A DNA stretch of 32,000 nucleotides, taken from NCBI RefSeq assembly GCF_000016745.1, contig NC_009483.1, forward strand, positions 1,020,001-1,052,000, read 5' to 3'. The DNA comes from Geotalea uraniireducens Rf4. Its GTDB lineage: Bacteria > Desulfobacterota > Desulfuromonadia > Geobacterales > Geobacteraceae. The position numbers and the translations under genes were made by a program. Of this stretch, positions 7,662-15,586 are shown piece after piece. The first letter of the stretch is position 1. The number at the start of each line of letters is the position of its first letter. The notes below the pieces were generated by a model. That model had not been told where the DNA came from. It saw nothing but the letters and a program-made list of their open reading frames with translations, and searched no databases.

Positions 7662-8735
7662 ATGTCGAAAAAACTTTTTATCCCCGGGCCGATCGAGGTT
7701 GCGCCGGAGATCCTCGAAGCCATGGCTACCCCCATGATCGGCCACCGGATGCCGGAATATGCCAGGCTGCACAAAGGGGTGACGGATAAGCTGAAAGAGT
7801 TGCTGTTTACCCGGGAGAAGGTCTTTCTTGCCACTTCCAGCGCCTTCGGCGTCATGGAGGGAGCGGTGAGAAACCTTGTCGGCAAACGCTGCGCCAACTT
7901 TTGCAACGGCGCCTTTTCCGATAAATGGCATGATGTTACCAGGCGCTGCGGCAAAGAGGCCGATGCCATCAAAGTGGAGTGGGGAGAGCCGATTACCCCC
8001 GAACTGGTGGATGCGACCCTGGCCAGCGGCAAGTATGACGCCATAACCTTGATCCACAACGAGACCTCCACCGGCGTCATGTCGCCGCTGCCGGAAATTG
8101 CCGCAGTGCTGCGCAAGTACCCTGACGTGGTGTCTATCATCGATACGGTTTCTTCCATGAGCGCGGTGAAGATTCCGCTTGACGAACTGGGAATCGACTG
8201 CTGCATCTTCGGTGTACAGAAAGCCTTTGCCCTGCCGCCGGGGCTTGCCGTGTTCACTGCCAGCAACAAAGCCCTGGAACGGTGCAAAACAATCGAAGGG
8301 CGCGGCTATTATTTCGACTTTCTCGAATTTGCCGCTGCTGACGAGAAGGACAATACCCCCTCCACCCCCTGCATATCCCTGATTTATGCCCTGGACCGCC
8401 AATTGGAGCGGATTTTTGCCGAAGGTTTTGAAAAACGCTGGCAACGGCACCGGGAACTGGCCGAGTATGTCAGAGGATGGGTGTCGGAGCGGGGGTTCGG
8501 TTTCCTGGCTGCCGAGCCGTACCGGTCCCTGACGCTCACTTGTGCAGTGAACAGCAGGGACATCGATCTGGCTGAGTTGAAAAAAAGACTAGGCGAACGG
8601 AATTACGCATTTGACAACGGCTACGGCAAGCTGAAAGGAAAAACATTCCGCATCGCCCATATGGGCGATATGCAGCTGGCCGATTTACAGGATTTTACCG
8701 GGCAGATAGACGATATTCTGAAGTCGATGGCTTGA
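7662..8735 (+). CDS. Class V (PLP-dependent) aminotransferase, serine-pyruvate/alanine-glyoxylate/phosphoserine-aminotransferase-like
   Basis: The recognisable protein begins MSKKLFIPGPIEVAPEILEAM at ATG 7662. FGVQKAF contains the likely PLP lysine. The upstream 155 codons of the track ORF are Ser/Arg/Pro-rich and overlap the preceding gene. Confidence 0.85.
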   Translation: MSKKLFIPGPIEVAPEILEAMATPMIGHRMPEYARLHKGVTDKLKELLFTREKVFLATSSAFGVMEGAVRNLVGKRCANFCNGAFSDKWHDVTRRCGKEADAIKVEWGEPITPELVDATLASGKYDAITLIHNETSTGVMSPLPEIAAVLRKYPDVVSIIDTVSSMSAVKIPLDELGIDCCIFGVQKAFALPPGLAVFTASNKALERCKTIEGRGYYFDFLEFAAADEKDNTPSTPCISLIYALDRQLERIFAEGFEKRWQRHRELAEYVRGWVSERGFGFLAAEPYRSLTLTCAVNSRDIDLAELKKRLGERNYAFDNGYGKLKGKTFRIAHMGDMQLADLQDFTGQIDDILKSMA

Positions 8736-8783
8736 TTTTTCGGTTGAGTCGTTATGCACCGTCTTCCGATAAAGGGAGGATTT

Positions 8784-9512
8784 ATGCGGGTCACGGCACT
8801 ATTGATCGGGTTTTTTCTGGTTATCACCGCTTCTTTGGCAACTGGCGAGGAGAAGACGCCGGTAGTCGCCGAACGGGTGCTTGTTGCGGAAATCCTCAAG
8901 GCTTACGGCGGAGAGCAGTCGCTGGGGAAGATCAGGACTGTTTTCGCCAAAGGCCACATCGATGCGTTCATGCAGGGTGATGAAGGCACGTCAACCCGTT
9001 ATTTTCAACGGCCGAGAAAGCTGCGGGCGGAACTGGTCTATAAAAACTCTGCGGAAACCCGGATATTGAACGGCTCTCACGGATGGCGGCGCTCCAACAA
9101 CAAACCGACGGCCGAGGTGATCGGTCCTCCCTTTCTCGGCATGGTTTATCAGTACAAATATCTGGACTTGCCCTTCGGTTTTCTGGATAATAGTTATACC
9201 ATCACCTTGCTGCCTCGGGAAACTCTCCATGGCGAAACAGTGGATGTCCTGCTTTTGTCGGACGCCGAAGGTCCGCCAATGCGGGTGCATGTGGATGCCA
9301 AGACACATTTGATTGTCAGGGTTGTCGGCTCATTTTCTTTCGGCAGTATGGGCACTGAGCTTGCGGCAGAGTTTTTCGATTATCGTAGCGTGGAAGGGAT
9401 ACGGTTTCCTTTCAGAATTGTCAACTATGGCGGCGAGAACAAGATAGCAGAAACGTTGATAAACGAGATGCGGCTGAATCAAGAGATGCGTGACACGCTT
9501 TTCCAGCCGTGA
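8784..9512 (+). CDS. Exported hypothetical protein (signal peptide), possibly LolA-like fold
   Basis: ATG at 8784 is preceded by AAAGGGAGGA. Signal peptide MRVTALLIGFFLVITASLATG. The fold suggestion is weak. Confidence 0.7.
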   Translation: MRVTALLIGFFLVITASLATGEEKTPVVAERVLVAEILKAYGGEQSLGKIRTVFAKGHIDAFMQGDEGTSTRYFQRPRKLRAELVYKNSAETRILNGSHGWRRSNNKPTAEVIGPPFLGMVYQYKYLDLPFGFLDNSYTITLLPRETLHGETVDVLLLSDAEGPPMRVHVDAKTHLIVRVVGSFSFGSMGTELAAEFFDYRSVEGIRFPFRIVNYGGENKIAETLINEMRLNQEMRDTLFQP

Positions 9513-9524
9513 AGCTTAGTCATA

Positions 9525-9649
9525 ATTCCGATTTCAAATCAAGGATGAAATCAAGGCGACGAGGATTGAGGCGACGAAGGCGTGCAGATAGTACGTTGAG
9601 GAACCGAAGACGAGCCAACGAAGATAGCGCCTTGATTTGGAATTGGAAT
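9525..9649 (+). promoter_or_regulatory. Structured 5' leader or possible cis-regulatory RNA with two mutually exclusive helices
   Basis: 9525-9544 pairs with 9630-9649 (20 bp including 2 G-U). The duplicated AAATCAAGG copy at 9548-9558 can alternatively pair with 9628-9638 (11 bp). The shared 3' strand ends 1-2 nt before the SD AAGGGGAG of the 9664 ORF. Confidence 0.4.
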
Positions 9650-9663
9650 AAGGGGAGAAAACA

Positions 9664-9840
9664 ATGAAATGTCCTAATTGTGGTGATAGAACGTCGGTGG
9701 AGATAGATATCCACTCATCCGGTTTTTCTGCCGAACAGTCGCCGGTCAAGGAATGCGGTGCCTGCGGCCTTGTCTGGAGGATAAAGATGGTTGGTGACAA
9801 AACCGAAATCGATATCATCAAGCCTGCCGATAAAAAATAA
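9664..9840 (+). CDS. Small zinc-ribbon protein (58 aa), not in the ORF track
   Basis: SD AAGGGGAG lies 6-7 nt upstream of the ATG. Translation is MKCPNCGDRTSVEIDIHSSGFSAEQSPVKECGACGLVWRIKMVGDKTEIDIIKPADKK, with a CxxC...CxxC pair. Confidence 0.6.
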   Translation: MKCPNCGDRTSVEIDIHSSGFSAEQSPVKECGACGLVWRIKMVGDKTEIDIIKPADKK

Positions 9841-9908
9841 CGCTGAACTGCGAAAGTTCTTACGGGAACTCTTCCGCAGTCCATGACCATGCGGGCCTGC
9901 CGGCAGTC

Positions 9909-10067
9909 TCAGACCGGCTCGAATAAATCCTTGCCTGCACCGCATACTGGACAGACCCAGTTGTCCGGCAACTGGGAAAACGGCGTCCCTGGCGCAATGC
10001 CGTTGTCTGGGTCACCTGCGGCCGGGTCGTAGACATATTGGCAAATGGTACAGACGTAGCTTTCCAT
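9909..10067 (-). CDS. rub: Rubredoxin (52 aa), not in the ORF track
   Basis: Reverse-strand translation is [52 protein letters not shown]. It carries the canonical rubredoxin CxxC(x)nCPxCG motifs and the YxYDP core. AGGAGAG RBS. Confidence 0.9.
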   Translation of the reverse strand: MESYVCTICQYVYDPAAGDPDNGIAPGTPFSQLPDNWVCPVCGAGKDLFEPV

Positions 10068-10627
10068 AATCAACTCTCCTGATTTTTAGTCCCACCCAAA
10101 ATTTCACCTCACCATACAAAACGCCCGATGATTTTCGGATAAAGGGGTGTCGTCCCGACGTCCCGGCTCTGTTTAAGCCTTTCTCTGAAGCTAAACTTCC
10201 TATTGCATGACTCTTTTTGCACTTCCGATGATTACGCGAAACATTGTAACAGGTAGGTGTTTGCTGTCAATTTTGCACGCAAACAAGGGTGAAAATTTTA
10301 GCTTGATTTTACAGGAGGTTGTGCTATTTTAGCAAAATTAAATATTTGTAGTTCGGGAAAAGACGCCAAAATTAAAGCTAAAAGGCACTTCCATTGGGCT
10401 GGACATGCCTTTGCCGACCAGAATTACCGTAGCAAGCAGGTGCTTCGATTTAGTTTGAGGTTCTATCCGCCACCAATGCTTCTCTTTTGTTTTCGAAACT
10501 CATTAAAGTAATTGAGTCAGAGTAAAAATCGGGTTTAATAACCCATATCCTGGCACCTAGAAGCAGAGGGCAGGCGAACTTTACTGTTATAGGCAAGAAA
10601 CTTAACTACATTGGGGGGAAATGAAGA

Positions 10628-12481
10628 ATGGCTTACGAAGTCAAAAACGAACAACTGCGGAAATGGGTGGAAGAAGTCTCGGCTTTGTGTGAACCCGAAA
10701 AGATACACTGGTGCGACGGTTCGCAGGAGGAATATGACAACCTGTGCAGCCTGCTGGTAAAGAGCGGCACATTCCGCAAGCTGAACCAGGAAAAACGCCC
10801 CAACAGCTACCTGGCCTGGTCAGATCCCGGCGACGTGGCTCGTGTTGAAGATCGTACCTTTATCTGCAGCTTGTCCAAACAGGATGCGGGTCCGACCAAC
10901 AACTGGATGCATCCGAAAGAAATGAAGGAAACCCTGGGGAAACTGTTCAAGGGTTGCATGCACGGCAGGACGATGTATGTCATCCCTTTCAGCATGGGAC
11001 CGCTCGGCTCGAATATTGCCAAAATCGGCGTGGAAATTTCCGATTCGCCCTATGTCGCAGTCAACATGCGGATCATGACGCGGATGGGCAAGGCTGTTCT
11101 TGATGTGCTCGGCGACGGCGAGTTCGTTCCGTGCCTGCATTCGGTGGGAGCGCCGCTGCAACCTGGGCAAAAAGACGTGCCGTGGCCATGCAACAAGGAA
11201 AAGTACATCGTCCATTTCCCCGAAGAACGCTCAATCTGGTCGTTCGGCAGTGGCTACGGCGGAAATGCCCTGCTCGGCAAGAAGTGTCTTGCCCTGCGGA
11301 TCGCTTCCAAGATTGCCAAGGACGAAGGGTGGCTGGCCGAGCATATGCTCATCCTGGGGATTGAATCCCCCGAAGGTGAGAAGACCTATCTGGGCGCCGC
11401 ATTCCCGAGCGCCTGCGGTAAAACCAATCTGGCCATGCTGGTGCCGCCCGACAACTTCAAGAAAAACGGCTGGAAAATCTCCACCGTCGGCGACGACATT
11501 GCCTGGATCAAGCCCGGGCCAGACGGGCAGCTGTATGCCATCAATCCAGAAGCAGGTTTTTTTGGCGTAGCTCCCGGTACTTCGGCCAAATCCAACCCCA
11601 ACGCCATGGCCTCTTGTGCCAGTAACACCATTTTCACCAATGTGGCCTTGACCCCCGACGGCGATATCTGGTGGGAAGGAATGACCGACACCCCCCCAGC
11701 CGAATTGACCGACTGGCAGGGGAACCCCTGGACTCCAGGCTGCGGCAGGAATGCCGCCCATCCCAACTCCCGCTTTACTTCTCCTGCCAGCCAGTGTCCT
11801 TCGATCGATCCCGAATGGGAGAACCCCAAGGGGGTTCCGATCAAGGCCTTTGTTTTCGGCGGCCGTCGCAATAATGTCATTCCTCTGGTGTACCAGTCAT
11901 TCAACTGGAGCTACGGAGTCTATCTTGCCGCAACCATGGGGTCGGAGACAACGGCCGCTGCCGTCGGCAAGGTCGGCGATGTCCGGCGCGACCCGTTTGC
12001 CATGCTGCCGTTCTGCGGCTATCACATGGCCGACTATTTCAACCACTGGTTGCAGATCGGGCGCACCAATCCGAATCCGCCACGGATTTTCAGCGTCAAC
12101 TGGTTCCGAAAGGATGCCAACGGCAAGTTCCTCTGGCCAGGTTTTGGCGAGAATATGCGGGTACTGAAATGGATCGTGGACCGGGCCAACGGACGGGGTT
12201 CATCCATTGAGAGCCCGCTGGGATGGATGCCGCGCCATGAAGACCTGGACTGGAGCGGTTTGGATAGCGTTACCCGCGAGCAGTATTACGAGCTGATGTC
12301 CGTTGATCGGGATGTGTGGAAGGATGAAATCCTCTCCCACGAGGAGTTGTTCGTCAAGATGTACGACCGGCTACCCAAGGAGTTTCTGCATATCCGCGAG
12401 CTGATTCTTTCCGGCCTGTGGCGTTCGCCGGAGCATTGGGAGCAGATCGGTGAGGCAGCTGCCGAAGGATGGAATGAATAA
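10628..12481 (+). CDS. pckG: Phosphoenolpyruvate carboxykinase (GTP-dependent type)
   Basis: 617 aa. Motifs FPSACGKTN (P-loop), [14 protein letters not shown] and [23 protein letters not shown] are characteristic of GTP-PEPCK. Confidence 0.92.
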   Translation: MAYEVKNEQLRKWVEEVSALCEPEKIHWCDGSQEEYDNLCSLLVKSGTFRKLNQEKRPNSYLAWSDPGDVARVEDRTFICSLSKQDAGPTNNWMHPKEMKETLGKLFKGCMHGRTMYVIPFSMGPLGSNIAKIGVEISDSPYVAVNMRIMTRMGKAVLDVLGDGEFVPCLHSVGAPLQPGQKDVPWPCNKEKYIVHFPEERSIWSFGSGYGGNALLGKKCLALRIASKIAKDEGWLAEHMLILGIESPEGEKTYLGAAFPSACGKTNLAMLVPPDNFKKNGWKISTVGDDIAWIKPGPDGQLYAINPEAGFFGVAPGTSAKSNPNAMASCASNTIFTNVALTPDGDIWWEGMTDTPPAELTDWQGNPWTPGCGRNAAHPNSRFTSPASQCPSIDPEWENPKGVPIKAFVFGGRRNNVIPLVYQSFNWSYGVYLAATMGSETTAAAVGKVGDVRRDPFAMLPFCGYHMADYFNHWLQIGRTNPNPPRIFSVNWFRKDANGKFLWPGFGENMRVLKWIVDRANGRGSSIESPLGWMPRHEDLDWSGLDSVTREQYYELMSVDRDVWKDEILSHEELFVKMYDRLPKEFLHIRELILSGLWRSPEHWEQIGEAAAEGWNE

Positions 12482-12514
12482 TTCCAATTTCACGTAGTAA
12501 GTAAAACACTCAAT

Positions 12515-12567
12515 AAGCTGGGCGAAATTTTCGGAGCACTCCGGGTTTTTCGCCCAGCTTTTTTTAT
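12515..12567 (+). terminator. Rho-independent terminator after pckG
   Basis: AAGCTGGGCGAAA (12515-12527) pairs with TTTCGCCCAGCTT (12548-12560). An inner CGGAG/CTCCG hairpin is present, followed by TTTTTTT. Confidence 0.75.
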
Positions 12568-12646
12568 AAAATGTTCAACACGAGTCGATACAAGGCAATT
12601 TTCCAGTATACTCTGATAATGATCATACTTAACGGGAGGTATTACA

Positions 12647-14239
12647 ATGAAACTAAACGATGTTACCCGTGGTACAGGGCTCGAAGAGCATGGCATCATC
12701 AATGCAAACCTTATCTACTGGACACCGCCGACAGCCGTGCTCTATGAGCAGATCGTCGAGCGCGGAGAGGGGCTTGTTTCGCATTTGGGAGCGTTGGCGG
12801 TGAAGACCGGCCACTACACCGGCCGTGCGGCAAACGAGAAGTTCATAGTCGATGAACCGACCAGCCGCGACCACATCAACTGGGGCAAGGTCAACCGTCC
12901 TTTCGATCCTGAAAAATTCGACTCCCTTTATAAAAGAATGACGGCCTACATGCACGGCAAGGACTTGTTCATACAGGACTGCTTTGCCGGCGCCAGCCCG
13001 AAGCACCGTCTTCCGATCCGCGTCATCGCTGAAAAAGCATGGCATTCCCTGTTTGCCAGAAACATGTTCGTCAAGGCGACTGCAGCAGAGCTGGAAAATC
13101 ACAAGCCCCGGTTCACCGTCATCGACATGCCGAACTTTCACGCAGTTCCCCAAATCGACGGCACCAACTCCGAAACCTTCATCATCATCAACTTCGCCAA
13201 GAGGCTGGTAATCATCGGCGGCACCAGCTATGCCGGGGAAATCAAAAAATCCATCTTCACCGTGCTCAACTACCTGCTCCCCCATCACAGCAAGGTCATG
13301 TCCATGCACTGCTCCGCCAACACCGGAGAAAAAGGCGACGTGGCGGTTTTCTTCGGCCTTTCCGGCACCGGCAAGACAACGCTATCCGCTGCACCGAACC
13401 GCTCCCTCATCGGCGACGACGAACACGGCTGGGATGACGACGGTGTCTTCAACTTCGAGGGTGGTTGCTATGCCAAGATCATCAACCTTTCGAAAGAATC
13501 CGAGCCGGAAATCTATGAGACCACGAGGAAATTCGGCACCATCCTGGAGAACGTCGCCATCGACACCATCTCCCGTCGCATCGACCTGAATGACGATTCC
13601 TTTACCGAGAATACCCGTGCATCCTATCCAATCACCCACATTCCGAACATCGTTCCTTCCGGCATGGGCGGGCATCCGACCAACGTCATCATGCTCACCT
13701 GCGATGCCTTCGGCGTGCTGCCTCCGATTGCGCGGCTTACGCCGGAGCAGGCCATGTATCATTTCCTTTCCGGCTACACCGCCAAGGTGGCGGGAACCGA
13801 GGCCGGCATTACCGAGCCACAGGCGACCTTCTCCACCTGTTTCGGCGCTCCGTTCATGGCCCTCCATCCGTCTGTCTATGCGGAATTGCTGAAAGCCAAA
13901 ATTGCCCGGCACAAAGTGAACTGCTGGCTGGTCAACACCGGCTGGAGCGGTGGTGCCTACGGTGTTGGCAGCCGGATGAAGATCGGCTATTCGCGCGCAC
14001 TCGTCAATGCCGCTCTCGATGGAACCCTGGCCGCCGGCCAGTTCGAAAAAGATTCCGTCTTCGGTCTCGATATCCCGAGGGCCTGCCCCGGAGTTCCGGG
14101 CGAAGTACTCAACCCGCGCAATGTCTGGGCGGATAAGGCTGCCTATGATGCAACAGCCAAGGATCTGGTGGAGATGTTCCGCAAGAACTTCGAGCAGTTT
14201 AAGGCAAACGTTTCCCAGGAAGTGGCCTGCGTGCTTTAA
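12647..14239 (+). CDS. pckA: Phosphoenolpyruvate carboxykinase (ATP-dependent type)
   Basis: 530 aa. Motifs GLSGTGKTTLS (P-loop), IGDDEHGW and GGCYAK are characteristic of ATP-PEPCK. GGGAGG RBS. Confidence 0.92.
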   Translation: MKLNDVTRGTGLEEHGIINANLIYWTPPTAVLYEQIVERGEGLVSHLGALAVKTGHYTGRAANEKFIVDEPTSRDHINWGKVNRPFDPEKFDSLYKRMTAYMHGKDLFIQDCFAGASPKHRLPIRVIAEKAWHSLFARNMFVKATAAELENHKPRFTVIDMPNFHAVPQIDGTNSETFIIINFAKRLVIIGGTSYAGEIKKSIFTVLNYLLPHHSKVMSMHCSANTGEKGDVAVFFGLSGTGKTTLSAAPNRSLIGDDEHGWDDDGVFNFEGGCYAKIINLSKESEPEIYETTRKFGTILENVAIDTISRRIDLNDDSFTENTRASYPITHIPNIVPSGMGGHPTNVIMLTCDAFGVLPPIARLTPEQAMYHFLSGYTAKVAGTEAGITEPQATFSTCFGAPFMALHPSVYAELLKAKIARHKVNCWLVNTGWSGGAYGVGSRMKIGYSRALVNAALDGTLAAGQFEKDSVFGLDIPRACPGVPGEVLNPRNVWADKAAYDATAKDLVEMFRKNFEQFKANVSQEVACVL

Positions 14240-14266
14240 GAGCCTCATATACATATTTATTTTGTG

Positions 14267-14298
14267 AAAGGCCCCGGAAATGTTCCGGGGCCTTTTTT
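14267..14298 (+). terminator. Rho-independent terminator after pckA
   Basis: AAAGGCCCCGGAA, loop atg, TTCCGGGGCCTTT, then a T-tract. Confidence 0.8.
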
Positions 14299-14319
14299 GC
14301 CCATAAACCTCACCATTGC

Positions 14320-14347
14320 TTGACAAAATGTTATCGCGCTGTAAAAA
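14320..14347 (+). promoter_or_regulatory. Candidate sigma-70 promoter of the hydrogenase operon
   Basis: TTGACA (14320-14325), 16-nt spacer, TAAAAA (14342-14347). Confidence 0.3.
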
Positions 14348-14452
14348 GTAAAGTTAGACGGTGTTAATTTTTTGTTTTGTTGCCGTACTTGTTGCGAGTG
14401 TTTTCTCCATGTTGTCGAGGCAAACGATTGCATAAGCCGGGAGGGCCAGGCG

Positions 14453-15586
14453 ATGGGAAGGAAGAAGGGTGAGACTCGGATAAATTCTAAAGAAGAATAC
14501 GTGGGGATCTCAGAAATTCTGGAGCAAAAGGGGATCTCGCGACGGGACTTCATGAAATTCTGCACTGCCATGTCGGCAGCGCTGTCACTTCCCGCCACAT
14601 TTGCTCCACAGATTGCCCGGGCCCTTGATGAAGTGAAGCGGCCGACCTTGGTCTGGCTGGAGTTTCAGGACTGTGCCGGGAATACCGAAGCACTTTTGCG
14701 GTCAGCCAATCCGACGGTGGCGGAACTGGTATTGGACGTCCTTTCCGTTGATTACCATGAAACCATCATGGCTGCTGCCGGACATCAGGCCGAAGATATC
14801 CTGGCGAAGGTGGTGAAGGAACAGAAGGGAAAATATATCGCCGTGGTCGAGGGATCAATTCCACTCAAGGACGGCGGGGTCTACTGCTGTATCGGCGGGA
14901 GAAGCGCCCTGGATATAGCCCGTGAAGTGTGCGGCAATGCCTTTGCCACCATTGCCGTCGGTTCCTGCGCTGCTTTCGGTGGTATTCCTGCTGCCGCGCC
15001 GAATCCGACCGGTGCGGTAGGCGTCAAGGATGCGGTTCCGGCAGCTACCGTCTTGAACCTTCCCGGCTGCCCTCTTAATGCCGACAATCTTACCGCCACG
15101 GTCGTCCATTACCTGACGTTCAACAAGCTCCCGGCAGTCGACAGTCTGGGCCGCCCCCTGTTTGCATACGGCAAGAGAATTCATGATGCCTGTGAGCGCC
15201 GGCCCCATTTTGACGCCGGCCAGTATGTGGAAGCCTGGGGGGATGCCGGCCATCGCAACGGCTTCTGTCTTTACAAGATGGGGTGCAAGGGACCGGCGAC
15301 CTGGCACAACTGCCCGATCCAGCGATATAACGAAAACACCAGCTGGCCGGTAGGGGCGGGTCACGGCTGCGTCGGCTGCTCGGAACCGGTCTTCTGGGAC
15401 AGCATGACCCCCTTTTACAAAAGACTGCCCCATGTGCCCGGCTTCGGCATCGAATACACCGCCGACAAGCTCGGCGCCGGTCTGTTTGTCGGGGCCGCCG
15501 CGGCCTTCTTTGCCCACGGCGTCGTCAAGGCGTTCCGCCATGAAATTGAGCCGTCTGAGCAGAGCAGGAAAGAGGGGGAAAAATAA
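14453..15586 (+). CDS. hyaA: [NiFe] hydrogenase small subunit, group 1 membrane-bound, Tat signal
   Basis: ATG at 14453 is preceded by GGGAGGG. Tat motif ISRRDFMKFC. Conserved FeS cysteine patterns and a C-terminal TM anchor (GLFVGAAAAFFAHGVV). The track's 14372 start adds an implausible Cys-rich leader. Confidence 0.9.
   Translation: MGRKKGETRINSKEEYVGISEILEQKGISRRDFMKFCTAMSAALSLPATFAPQIARALDEVKRPTLVWLEFQDCAGNTEALLRSANPTVAELVLDVLSVDYHETIMAAAGHQAEDILAKVVKEQKGKYIAVVEGSIPLKDGGVYCCIGGRSALDIAREVCGNAFATIAVGSCAAFGGIPAAAPNPTGAVGVKDAVPAATVLNLPGCPLNADNLTATVVHYLTFNKLPAVDSLGRPLFAYGKRIHDACERRPHFDAGQYVEAWGDAGHRNGFCLYKMGCKGPATWHNCPIQRYNENTSWPVGAGHGCVGCSEPVFWDSMTPFYKRLPHVPGFGIEYTADKLGAGLFVGAAAAFFAHGVVKAFRHEIEPSEQSRKEGEK

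Noticed and set aside
7629-8450. 273-aa and 213-aa minus-strand ORFs
   Set aside because: They are antisense shadows of the aminotransferase gene.
9520-9945. Three minus-strand ORFs (64, 118 and 76 aa)
   Set aside because: They overlap the structured leader and the zinc-ribbon ORF, have no RBS, and their composition is odd. The + strand zinc-ribbon ORF and the minus-strand rubredoxin explain the region better.
10268-10292. GCACGCAAACAAGGG, reminiscent of the ACGCAAAGC core of GEMM/c-di-GMP riboswitches common in Geobacter
   Set aside because: Only a short partial match was found. The GCAAACC element, the GNRA tetraloop/receptor helices and the second conserved half are all absent.
10551-10565. 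TGGCAC-N-AGCA resembling a sigma-54 (-24/-12) promoter upstream of pckG
   Set aside because: The GG-to-GC spacing is one nucleotide short of the strict TGGCAC-N5-TTGC geometry, and the -12 element is AAGC, not TTGC.
10555-10580. GAAGCAGAGGGCAGG, resembling the SRP RNA domain IV 3' core
   Set aside because: There is no complementary 5' strand and no conserved GGUCCGGAAGG element, so it cannot form the SRP hairpin.
13382-14326. 314-aa minus-strand ORF (also 12653-13309)
   Set aside because: They are antisense to pckA, which carries all the ATP-PEPCK motifs. This ORF also runs through the pckA terminator.
14372-14452. Longer start for the hydrogenase small subunit
   Set aside because: It would add a Cys-rich, non-signal-like 27-aa leader. 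ATG at 14453 has a GGGAGGG RBS and gives a normal-length Tat signal.
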